Below, one piece after another: positions 1-12,700 of a stretch of 64,000 bases of DNA. The position numbers and the translations under genes are program-made. This stretch comes from Ylistrum balloti (taxonomy: Eukaryota), in contig NW_026782361.1 in the NCBI RefSeq assembly GCF_031769215.1, positions 744,001-808,000 of the forward strand, read 5' to 3'. The notes below the pieces were generated by a model that worked only from the letters and a program-made list of their open reading frames with translations, searched no databases and was not told where the DNA came from. Numbering within the stretch: the stretch's first letter is position 1; the number at the start of each line of letters is the position of its first letter.

Positions 1-149
1 AAAGTGTTTATCATTGTGTATATATATATACACCACAGATGTGTTTTCCTACCAGGAATTCAAAGAACTTAAAAGAGAAAAAAAAACAAACAAACATTTA
101 TCAAATAATACAAAGGACAATTGTACCAATATGTACAAATGTCATAAGT

Positions 150-2150
150 AGAATAGTGAGAAAAGAAAGAAATGCTAAGAAAGTAGAAAAATAGCTACAT
201 GGTGGTCAAAAAAACCTTTCAGGTTTAAAAAGATGGTCAAAATTTTTAGAGGAGAGATTTCCAGACACAGATAGTATACTGAAAACTATTGTGAAAAGAT
301 TAAACTGCGACCCACCACTATCCAAATGTATGACATGGGTAAAGTTCTAGGTAGAATGGTTCAGAAATTATTGCCTACACAAGTAAATTTCTACAAACAA
401 GGTTAAAGTCAAAGAGACCTAATTTTATTAGCACTCTCTTGTATTACTGATCAGATCACTGAGGCTTTCTCAAATCTTTACCAATATGAAAATGAAGGTA
501 TCCAGCTGGGGTGAAACTAGACAAGTCTTGTTGCAATCTAATGATTTCTTACAAAAATACCATTTTGGCATCATCAGTCAATAAATCCACAGCAGCCTCA
601 TTAAGTCTAGAGGAATTCTGCCAATCACAGTGACCCAATTTGAGAAGTGACATACCAGTAATATACTGAAGCACACATGCACATTCAGTCATTTGTTAAA
701 CCTGGTAACTTTCATGAAATGTCAGACAAGTTACTTACAATTCACTGATTTAACTATTAAGAAAAAGTTTAAAAGTATTGACTGTAAGTGTGGTATAGAT
801 GGTAATTCATAAATGCACCAAAATAATTATTATGAAAAGATATGGGCCTCTCTGCTAGATTGAAAAATTTCACTTCATTTGAACTAACATTGTCTCTACA
901 AAAACAATTCAAATCTAAATTTAACTTAATTGTTGCAAATCATTAATCTACAAAATTTTATCCACAAAGACACTTACTATCAAATGTCAAAATTCATAAT
1001 GAAGGGTTAAGGGTTAGGGGTAGGGTTGGTTCACCCTGTACATCATAGAAGGATGGACAAGTTTCCAATTTCAACTTATTCCTCTTTATCCTCTCCAATC
1101 AAGTACTGAAAGTTGTATTGAGCAGCAATAACTGACTTTGTAGAAAAATATTGACATTTCCAACAAATGCTTCAGCTTTTTTATGCATCTGTCTGGTAAT
1201 AGAGGTATTAAGTTGTCTCTATTTATACCAGAATGTTCACATTCACATTAAAATAGAAGAGGGAATTAGTACCTACAATGAAATGTCTCATATATGTAAC
1301 ATGTACAACAGGTAAAACAGAGTGGTCACCCATCCAGGTGATGACCATGCTTGTTGTTGCTTAACATTAGTACACAGACATGACACTCAACCAGTCACAA
1401 AAATTAGCTTTTGGAATGCCGGTATCCAGGAACCTTTACGTTATGATCAGTTTCGAAGCTCACATTACAAGTACTTTTTCCAAACCTGGATCCAACCTGG
1501 CATCCTAAGCATACTTAACTGTCCCTCTCATATTGGTGTCACATCAGGACTTGATCCCCATAGTCTCCAACAAGTCTCTTCAGGAACACTGTACTTCCTT
1601 GCTTTCCAAAGGCACCCCACATGATACCAGATCCATTGGCTACCACCAAATGTAATGTGCACCAGGGGTAAAACAGAACAGTCACCCATCCTTTCTTGCT
1701 TAGTCTTAGTCGATTATGAATGTAGACCATAATTAGGCCTCTATGCTCAGATCCAAATTTTGTCTTGTTAAATTATTCATCCATGCTCAACATTGCTTAT
1801 CCTGGCTAGCTTTTGTGGATGTGGAGTTGACCTTCTTGTTTATGTACCAATATCAATTGATGTCAAGGGTAAACACCTCGACGTTTGACCATTCTGTTGT
1901 GTATCTGTATAAGTACATCACAGATTTCCAGCTGGACTATGGTATGATGAGATAGAGATGCATCCTCAGAGAAAAGCCGGGGGAGCTTGGCACTTAAGAA
2001 GTACTATCTTCCAGATGGTTCCAGATTATTTCAATGCCAAGAAAAGAATTTCTGTACTGTTCAATTTTTCAGATGGGAGGATTATGTTGGATGTTTTGCA
2101 GTTTTCTAATGTTTCTACTTTTATTCTATATTTTTGTTTTTAGACGTAAT
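150..2150 (-). mobile_element. Highly degenerate CR1/L2-type LINE relic (APE endonuclease and RT remnants)
   Basis: Minus-strand translation gives endonuclease-like remnants at ~1420-1740 (GLIMVYIHNRL, LVGDYG, ETDHNV) and RT-like remnants at ~250-600 (DLLTDDAKM...LQQDL in one frame, resembling LFADDTK...LQ.DL; FQYTICVW resembling LEYASSVW). Many stops and frameshifts; boundaries approximate. Confidence 0.5.
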
Positions 2151-4549
2151 TGAATAACCAGGTAGTATAGCTTATATGCTCCCCTCTACAACTTAATAGA
2201 AGAATATAGGGATATTAATGCTAGTTTGGAGTGATGGAAGTTTGGAAGTTTTAGTTTTGGTGGAGAATTGTTTGGTGAGGATTTGTGCCTAAGCTTTTCT
2301 GCTGTTGAGAAATTGGCCATTTTCTTTCAGTGGAGCTACTCTAATGTTGTCGTGTTTCCTGGGTTTTATATGCTTTCAACAAGGCTTTGTATTATTTCAT
2401 TTTATCCCCAGAATATGTTACAAAATTATCAGTCAGTTTATAAAAATAACTGGTAAACTGTGTTTTCCCATTTTGAAAATTTTCCACACTCTCTTCATCC
2501 TTTTTTCCCCCTAAAAATGTCAATTTCAGTCGTATTTCTTCTTGCTTTGAGATACGATAGAATATTTGTATTATATCACGGCATCGATTCGTAGGAATTC
2601 TTCTCATTTATTTTAAATGGTGTAATTGATAAGCAACATACAATTAAAAGAGGTATTATTGGCAAATCTAAAAATGCTCCAATCACATACAAATTATTTA
2701 CCATTCACTTGTAACTGCAGTCCAGTAATGTATCAAAATGAACATGCGTTTCATTGTGATTAGCTTCACGGAGTCGCGACAGGGTCGAATCCTATCAAGT
2801 GGAACTGTCAACTCACTGTCTTTAAATATTTATTCTATCCTTATCTAGGCATAACGCTGAAAACATTACCATTTTGCAGTACTGTGGTGCCAGTTCGGAG
2901 AAAAAAGAAGCTGAGTACTAAGATGTATTAGGTAGACTCGTGTTCATGATGTAAACATTGTCATTTTGCTAATCATTAAATTAAAAAAAAAGTTTTTGAC
3001 ATAGATATATAACAACTTCAGTACTATATAGAGCATATAAAATTACCAGCGCATTCAAGTAACAATTTGTTGATGTACGTACCTCAAATGTCAAAATAAC
3101 CGAAGAAAACATCAAACTAAAGTTTCATGTGACAATTTTCTGGTCATTTATCCACCATTTTGAATCCAAGGTGATAATGTCAACTAAAAAATTACTCCGC
3201 AGTCTATCGATCGATTTTTCACGTATTCAAATTAAAATATATAGATTACCGGACAAAAAAAGAATAAAAATGATCCGGTCATAATGAAACAAGTTAAAGT
3301 CTAACGGTTCATTCAAACGCTATTATAGAGGAAATGGAAATTAGAACGGACTATTTTTCTTCAAAATTCAAGGGACATAAATCCATTGAATACTTTTGAA
3401 TTACCGTATTTAATGTAAATACCAAACACTATATTAAATCGCCAAAATTAATTTTTATATTTTCACAATAATTTTCGTGAATAGCAGTACTATTCTTAAT
3501 TAACAGATTTGTCAACCATTGATTAGCTCTTGCAAAACAATTTGGAAATAAGTTATTTCAACTTACTTATATTAATCACTATATGGGTGAAATACTGATT
3601 GGGGTATGTGCCATTCATGAAATTCATTCAACCTCCTACAGAAAAAAATAGAGTGTTTACTTTTTTTCAGTCACTTTGTTAATTAATTTATTTCCTTTGT
3701 TAACATGAAACAAGAAAACCAATAGCACTTATAATCACATAATTTTATATAAAATATTGGACACAAAGTATGTATAAGTGTAGTATTTCACTGGGGATTG
3801 AGATCATTTTCTTTTAATGAGAATATTGTTTGTTGATATTGTAAATATGCATTCCTAATCACATCCAGATATTGCAGTGTTGTCAACATTTTCAGATGAT
3901 AAATTCCATCTATAATGTGTCAATGCCAAACGTTTTACACAACTAGAGAATGTTTAATTGTCAAATGTCATTTCAAGTTGGCAGAACAATTTTTTTTCAT
4001 GTCACATCAATGTTAAGATTTAAAAATAACCTCTGTGAAATGCCCTGCTGGTAGGGAAACTGTGTCTTTTGCTTCCACTGCATGATTGTATGAGGCAATC
4101 AAATTTGGGATCTGTATTTTTTCTCTATTTTTTAAAGATCTTCCTTGACACTGCCCCACTTTTGACCTTAAATTGAGTATTCGTGCCAGTGAGGAAGACT
4201 TTGGGTTGTCTCCCGGCCAAAAACATGCACTCGTGATAAGTTTTCAGCCAAACCTTCATGAAAAATTGAAGAATTCATAAAAGATATGGACATTTATGCT
4301 TGCACCAATTTCTTGGTATAAAAACAAAGAAATCTACTGATACTAAGACAAAATTGACACATCTGACAAGTATTGCACCACCAGCTTTGATAAAATTTTA
4401 AAGAAAATCTGAAAGAAATATAACCACAAATTTAACATTGTGCCATATACAATAACATTGAAACAGCAATATCCCAATAGCTAGACAATTATGCAAGATA
4501 GTTATTGTAAGGTGTGTTACTCTAATGACTGTAATATGGTACATATTGT

Positions 4550-5160
4550 ACACTGCATCATGCATAATCACACATGATAGTTTTCTTCACCAATTGACCG
4601 TAACAAATATACCATGCAGACATGTGTGATTATGATATTGGACTTGGCTGATTTTAAATGCAAGGAGCAGACACAACTTTCTGTAAGAAGTTCAACATAA
4701 AGGTTACAACGATGTGCTCTACGGTTGAGACCTTGACCTTTTGAAGGTCAAAACATATTTTATACAACTCATCCTCTCATAGTGGTAAACGATCATGCAA
4801 AGTTTCATCCTTCTTCTATGACTTGTTACAAAGTAATCAAGTGGACACAACTCTCTGTAATTCAATATAGGGGCTTCATGAGAAACAATACAGAGTTTGA
4901 CCTTAGGAAGACAAAATTTGACACATCATCTCATACATACATACAGAGTTCTGTAGTTTAATATGCATGTTCGATGGAAAACTCTAAAAGTTCAGAACTC
5001 AACCTTTTGAGTATAATAAGAATTTGGTATGTGGCACATCTTCCAGTAATGGTTAACAAGCATACAATGTTTCATCACCATACTATGACTGGTTACAAAT
5101 ATATGAAGTGGACAAAAATGTGTTTTGTACGGCGAATGCACACATAGTGTGATCACTTTG
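4550..5160. mobile_element. Degenerate internally repetitive non-autonomous element (HINE/MITE-like)
   Basis: Three loosely repeated ~150-170 bp blocks with motifs such as GACCTTGACCTTT, CATGCAAAGTTTCATC and GTGGACACAAC, reminiscent of mollusc dispersed repeats. Family not confirmed. Confidence 0.3.
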
Positions 5161-5850
5161 GAGAATCTGTCACTTAAATAAAATTATGGTTTTGTTCTGT
5201 TTTCAAAGACATCCTTTTCTGTTTTGTGATACAGCCCAATGTCATATTTGATATTTATAGATATATATAAGGAACAGTACACTTTTTACTAGATGTCTAT
5301 GGCTACAAGTATAATATTAATATTATGCCTGATATAAAGGTGCTTGGGGAATACACAGATCTTTACTCCTTACCAAATCATCACACTTCATATGCACAAG
5401 GTTCACCTTCTTTCATGAGTTCATGCAAACAAAAAAAACATTCAATCCTATAAAGTACTCATCAGAGTTCTAAATCAAATTCATCAAGGCACAAATTTTT
5501 CAAAGAAACATGTTCACAATGACAAAAATGGATGTCACACTTGACAATACTATGTTATCATTACTCAATTTTACTTCATCAAAGTAATATGTTAATATGT
5601 GTGCCAAATATATGATTTTAAATATATGATAGATCAGTTATCTTGATTGATATCAAATTTCAAAACAACTCATTTGTTCTGTGAGGACACTTCATTTTCA
5701 GAAATACTATCAGACTCCAAACCAATGAACTCCATTCTTGTGAGGATCTGATTATACTAGAACATAATATTAGATTTCCTGTTCTGGTGTCATTTCCTAG
5801 ATGTACATGACATTTAAATACTGATAATTAATAGGAGTAATACAGTTTTG

Positions 5851-6078
5851 TTAAAGGAGCATGGCACCAGATTAAAAGATGACGTCTTATTCAGCAGTGT
5901 TTGACACAACACTGTAGCATATTGTAGAACATCCTCAATACTCCACGGGTTACAATCACTTTCACTCTCTGCAACATGTCATGGCAAATTTGAAGGCACA
6001 AGCGAAGTAATTTGACATTTTTAGAGTGGGTCCCAGGGGGAAAAACTGACCAATCGTAGACTGATATGCTCCTTTGAA
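5851..6078. mobile_element. MITE with TTAA-flanked terminal inverted repeats (Kolobok-like)
   Basis: TTAAAGGAGCAT at 5851-5862 and ATGCTCCTTTGA at 6066-6077 (11/12 inverted match), ~225 bp apart, with no coding capacity between them. Confidence 0.5.
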
Positions 6079-6417
6079 GATTACTGAGGAGTAACACCTA
6101 ACTTCAAAGCCATTACAACAAACCTTTACATGACCTCGGGATTCGTTTAGTGTACATCAAAGGATCAAACTAGTCTTTTCATCTTGTTCACAAGCTGTCC
6201 CAAATAGAACCTTCAGTTTTGCCATGATATATTCCAGGGGTGCAGAGAGCAAAAATGATTGCATCCCCTGGAGTATGGAGGATGATAGTATAAGAAAGGA
6301 ATTGAGATTGGGATCATAATAACTACTCAAGGCTGCAAACAATGGTCTAGTACAGAAATAATATAAACTCTCCAAATGATTGACTATTGATATTTGTATC
6401 AATGATAGTGTTAGCAC

Positions 6418-6542
6418 TTCTTAATTCTAAATGTAGTAATACAGGTGCTAGTTAAATCTGGATTTATTCCATGGGCACTGCTTAATTTTAAATGTAGTAA
6501 TACAGGTGCCAATTAAATCTGGTTTGATTCCAGTAGCATTGC
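6418..6542. repeat. ~61-bp tandem dimer downstream of the TRIP13 stop
   Basis: CTTAATT[C/T]TAAATGTAGTAATACAGGTGC...TTAAATCTGG occurs twice in tandem. Confidence 0.75.
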
Positions 6543-6725
6543 TGTAACTGTCATGATAATTGATTTTTTTCAGAATGCACAGTGATCAATCACAGTTCTT
6601 CCTCCACTTCTCACTCGGGTTACGATCAGCAGTAAAGGGAGAAAAATCACTGGTGTCCATTAGACACCACATCACCAGAATACAGTAATCCTGTATTCAG
6701 TTTATCACATGAAGGTATTGTTACA

Positions 6726-9700
6726 TCATTCCTTTGTCAAATCTTCTCTTTCCTGGAATTGTCTATCTACTCCTTGACTGAGGGCTACCAAGAAGTCTTC
6801 TAATGTTACAGATGTACCCTGTGAAATGACAAGGCATTAGTTAGTTAGAATGTCTTTGGATTGTTAAAATTGTGATCACAGCAGTTGGTCTATTACAAAC
6901 CAGGACTTAAATCAAGCAGGCGTGCTTACTCAGGGTCACATGACCTTTGAAACTACATGACCTTTGAATCTCCAGAAAGGTTGTCTGCTGCCCAACATTG
7001 GATACTCTAGCAATACCATAGGTTCTGGTACTAAAGCAAAACTTAGGTAAACACAATCTGATATCTGGGAGGTGATGAACATGTCAGTTTGATTTCAAAC
7101 CAAAATAATGGAAGTACAGCCCTATTCAACATTGCACCTTTCCTACTGGGTCCGTCAAGATTTCAGTAAATCACCATCCTTTATGTATAATTAAGTTTGG
7201 TCTCATTTCAAATATTTCGATTATTTCTTTAAAATGTAGAACTCAAATTTCAATTTATTAAATGTTTGTTTGATGTAATAACAAAAGTATTTATGTGTTT
7301 CCAGATAGGTCGGTACAATATCATACCTGCCTTTTTCCAATGTAGACCCAAGTGTATCTGTGTACCACTAGCTGGATCTACTGTCTTGTAGATATATCAC
7401 CTACCAGCTAGATCTACTGTCTTGTAGATGTATCATCTACTAATTGGATTTACTGTCTTGTAGATGTATCACCTACCAGCTGGATCTACTGTCTTGTAGA
7501 TGTATCACCTACTAAATGGATCTACTGTCTTGTAGATGTATCACCTACCAGCTGGATCTACTGTCTTGTAGAGGTATCACCTATCAGCTGTATCTATTGT
7601 TTTGTAGATGTATCATCTTCTAGCTATATCTACTGTCTTGTAGATATATCACCTACCAGCTGGATCTACTGCCTTGTCAATGTATCACCTACCAGCTAGA
7701 TCTATTGTCTTGTAGATGTATCATCTACTAAATGGATTTACTGTCTTGTAGATGTATCATCTACTAAATGGATTTACTGTCTTGTAGATGTATCACCTAC
7801 CAGCTGGATCTACTGTCTTGTAGATGTATAACCTACCAGCTAGATCTACTGTCTTGTAGATGTATCACCTACCAGCTAGATCTACTGTCATGTAGATGTA
7901 TCATCTACCAGCTAGATCTACTGTCTTGTAGATGTATCACCTACCAGCTAGATCTACTGTCTTGTAGATGTATCATCTACCAGCTAGATCTACTGTCTTG
8001 TAGATGTATAACCTACCAGCTAGATCTACTGTCTTGTACATGTATTACCTACTAATTAGATCTACTGTATTTTAGAAGTATTAACTTACCTGAACAAACA
8101 TGGCATGAGCAATGAAAGGCAATTTCCTCAATGTCCGTCCACTGAGTCCATGACTCTTACTGTAATACACAAACAATATTTATAAATAAAGCATAGAACT
8201 ATAATGATCATCTTACATGTTGGTAGTATTGTAAAACAGCACAACCAAACGTCTTCATGAAGATCACATTACTTCATATTTCAGCTATGGAACTGGTTTG
8301 AACTTTAAAATGCTTCAAATTTAGTATAACAAGGTTGATAACTCTAGAAATGAAAGCTACAGTGAGAGTTTATAAAATCCTTGTTCAGCACAGATATTTA
8401 ATTTCCTTTTTGTATTAAACATAAACAAAGTTTACAAAGAAAGCTATCGTAAAAGTTTACAATATTTCCTACTGATATTGAATCAGCATCTAAAATATTT
8501 AGGATCAGTAAAGGCAAAATCTATCCATAAGCATGAATAACTAATATGGACACAGTGTAATGTTTCAACTTCTTAGCGATATCACAAATCATTGAACTGT
8601 AAAGACAGTCTGGTCAATGTTTAACTCACGTTGCAATATCACGAAGCACCAAACTATTTTTTGTGGCATCATTTTCCATGAATCTCATTGCCTCCAGACC
8701 CCTTAGATCTAGTAACTGTTGCGCAGGACTAATGATGTCAACCTGTCAAGTATCAAGACAAAATAATGGTTTTCTTTAAAATCGAAAAAGTATGTTAAAA
8801 TTTTTCTTGAATCTTCTTAAAAGTTTAAATATATACATGTATAAAGATGACATATATGTCTCTTTATAATACTCAAGATTGTATTCCAATTGTATAAAAG
8901 ACACACGAGAGAATAGCACCTTTCAATACGATATAGATATAACAGAGCCAAGTAACAAAACAAACTGCATCATACAGCTGTTTTGTCCTTTTAGGATACA
9001 TCAACAATGCAAAGGGCCTAAACCATGAAGCCTGACAGGCAAATAAGAAAAATCAAAATTTGTTAAAAGAAGTATACAAATCTAGATGGAAAAGTGCACT
9101 GGTATCATAGTTCAACCAAATGAATTATTTTCCAATCTCAGATGATTTCAAATCTCAATAAGTACGTGAATATTTTCAGAACAGTGCCACTATTCAAATA
9201 AATGAAAATATAGCATGCAGGTTATGGCAAACCTTGGATGCGATTCCAGTTATTCACCTTCATATCATATGATATACCATATTTTTCCTGCAGTAAGCAA
9301 AAAATTATTCTGTCACAAATGGATTTAGCGGAAACAAAGGATGAAATGTGATGACAATTTTTTAATTAATGACGGTATCATATGTTTTCAATAAGATACA
9401 TAATGTCAGGAGGGGACCACTTTCTTACCCTCATCAGCTCACTAATACAAGAGTGGAATATTTTGAAAATGGCCGCAGGAGACGGAGGTCCTATATACTG
9501 TTTGATGTCAGCCCTGTCTACAAACGCTAGGTCGATGGCTCCCGTCACATTTGATGTTGTCAGGATCATCACGTTAGGCTGTCTGAAATTATTCACCACA
9601 CTGACATCTGACACCAACATTTATTTTGTGATATATCGATACTGTATGTTCCATTTTACTATTTCTCTTGTCCAGTTATTTAGATCTAGGCCATGAATAC

Positions 9701-12700
9701 ACATGGATTATATAAATCTATGAAAAATGATTAATCCCTTTTTCCCCATATTACTTCCTAGGCCAGGAGACCTATATTCAGCTGTTTTGGGGAAGTGTGA
9801 AGTTAATTCATTATTAATGGAGTCCACTGAACCTCGCCTTTATAAGTTATGTGGGACCAATATTAAGTATCAAAATGATAGTGGGGGCTATACTTCTGAA
9901 TTGAGAAACAATCAGATGTCAGCACTCCACATTATGTCATACAAATAGGTACATGGACACTAATTACACGTTTTAATAAAACAGTATTATATGATAAATT
10001 CTGACAGAGACTCACTCTGTGTATACAATATTCTGCAATCACAAAAATCTATATCCGGGGCAGTAGTAACAAATATTCTAGGGTTTAATGGGAACATTGA
10101 TTTTATTTCTTTATATGTAATCACCGATGCCAAGCTCCACCTACCTCTTGATCTGATCAAGCTGTGTAAGAAGGGCATTCACCACCCTTATGGCATCCGA
10201 TGGTTCACTACCAGACATAGCACTCTTTCTGGCTGAGGTCAAACTTTCAACCTTGGCAAGATAAAAAGTCAACTCAAGCTTGTGTACATATATGCTGGTA
10301 ACTCCTGCAGAATGTTTAATAATTATCAAATGAAATATTCTTTTACTTTATTAATTCAAACACATCCTGGAAAATTTTCTGTGAACAGTACTTGTAGACC
10401 AGCCAATGAATACAATAGTCAAACTTCAAAAGACAATTCTTCAACAAAACATCTATCACCTTCCTTACCTCATCAATCAGTACAAACACAATAGCTTCTT
10501 TGTCATCGATAAGCTCCTGTATCTTCTGGAACATCTTCATCACAAGCTTACCACTCTAAGGAACATTCACAAAATATATACTGACAATTTTTATAAGTAA
10601 ATAAAGATCCATCAATGCTCATAAGTTATATAGTTACACATTACCCACATTGAGTCAGTAACGAAAGAGAAATTATTACCTAACCAACTATAGACCTAGG
10701 CCTTTTATATGTGAATACAAATGAGGACTTTTGAGGACTGTGTGCATTAACATGTGAACTTGTTATGTGACTTTGACATATGACCCTGAGTTTGAGAACC
10801 ACTTGATGATACTTTTCATAATGACATATGACCTTGATATGTGACCTAGTGTTTGAGAAGTACTTGACAATATTGTTTATATTGCCATTGGACAGCTGCT
10901 AGATATAAAGATTTTATTGATGTATGGTCTTATCTGTGAACTAATTGAAGAGATTGTCGTAATATAAGACAGTGTCTATCCTTTGGAGAAGTGACAAGCT
11001 ATTTATCTAGTTGACATAAGACCTTACTTTTGAGAACCATATATTGTCAATGTCATGTGAGCTTACCTCTGAGAACCACTTGGAGAAGAGACTGTGGCTG
11101 TTAATCTCGATTAGCTGACCATAACTGTAGCGATCAGAGAGTCGCAACACCAGTTTCTGTGCCAAGGCCTTGCATAAAGATGTCTTTCCAGTGCCAGGGG
11201 GACCTGTCAACAAAGTATTAATACAAACAACTGTGGTTTAATATCTGCTTTTAAACTTTTATGAATGCATAACATATGTACATGTAAACGCAGGAACAAT
11301 ATGCTAATTCAAAGCTAGTTAAAAAAAAAACCAAAAGATTTCCTGAAAAAATTGACAACAAAAAGATTTGAAAATGGACTTAATCACAGGCCTCAATGTA
11401 AGAGGACTATTAAATTTTCAAACAAGGTATGGTTATCATGCCAGAGAGAGTTGTAAAATATTCAAACATGAAGTGTGAGGAAATTTCAGATTGAAAAAAT
11501 ATTATAGGTGTCTGTTTGCATCAAACACAAGGCCAGTCTGTTGAAGTTTTCATTGTAATAATTGTACTATACAATGATATAATGGTCGGTTTAAGTGGAA
11601 AATAAATTTTAAAATGAATGCCATAACAGCTACTTCAGGTGGACCTATGAATAACATGTTAATGAAGACCTTAAAGTATTTACAATCCAACTGACAGCTA
11701 TGTAAAACCTAACCAGACATGTCTGTAGGACAAGAAAACCTCTATACCCATGGATATCAGTTAAGACAGGTCGGGTGTAATTATCTAGTATTGGATCTAA
11801 GAAAGAGATGGAAATTAAAATAAAAACCCTGAGGATCATTTCCCAGTACATTTTCTTACACACAAAATTTGATCGAATACAATGTCAGGAAAAGAATTTT
11901 ACAATGGTGGTCATTATAGGAATGTCTTCTCCATGGAAGATATCTCCAATTAAAAAAGCTAGAATTAACAAGTTTATATGAACTTTGGGAAGTAACTCTA
12001 TGAGAAGTTGAGAGGTCGTATTTCTTAATTCTAGTGCAGCGCAAATTAAGGTTGAAGAATTATATTGCATAATAATGGTGAACAAAAGGCAATAACTCGA
12101 TGGTGGAGCAAGTAAGAGATTAAAAGCACCACAATACTTGTCCCCCAATTAATGTGCAGGAAAGACATTTGCTTTCACTCTGGTGATATGGATACCAATC
12201 AGCTGATTATTGTTACATCTCACCATGAAGAAGTACGACTTTATTTCAGGTTATGAAGTTAATATGATATAGGTAAGCTAATTATTGACAAATCTTACCG
12301 TGAAGAAGTACGACTTTATTTCAGGTTATGAAGTTAATATGATATAGGTAAGCTAATTATTGACAAATCTTACCGTGAAGAAGTACAACCTTATTCCAGG
12401 TTATGATGTTGCTATCCACTTGTCTGTCAGAAAACAACAAGGTTGTTGTTGCATAGTTCAACAGCTGCAAAAATATTTGATACTTTAAAATTTTTGTTGA
12501 TCCTTCGAAGAGTATGATTGCTAAGATAACAGATACACATTTCTAAAATTTCAAAATTCTATTCTTTCCTTTGAAAGCATATCTGAACATAAGTCTACTT
12601 TTTTTTTTATTTGTAGTAAACTTATTTCAGCTGTATTTTTTAGAAATATCTTGGTATTAAGAATGATATTAGACTCCTTTTAATTTTTTTCATACATTAT

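Noticed and set aside
1003-1030. Telomere-like GGGTTA units
   Set aside because: Only ~4 imperfect units; too short to call an interstitial telomere.
2760-2805. tRNA B-box-like GGTCGAATCC
   Set aside because: I could not build a cloverleaf or find a convincing A-box.
7768-8055. Cys-rich [12 protein letters not shown] repeat ORF
   Set aside because: Antisense translation of the 36-bp TRIP13 intronic array.
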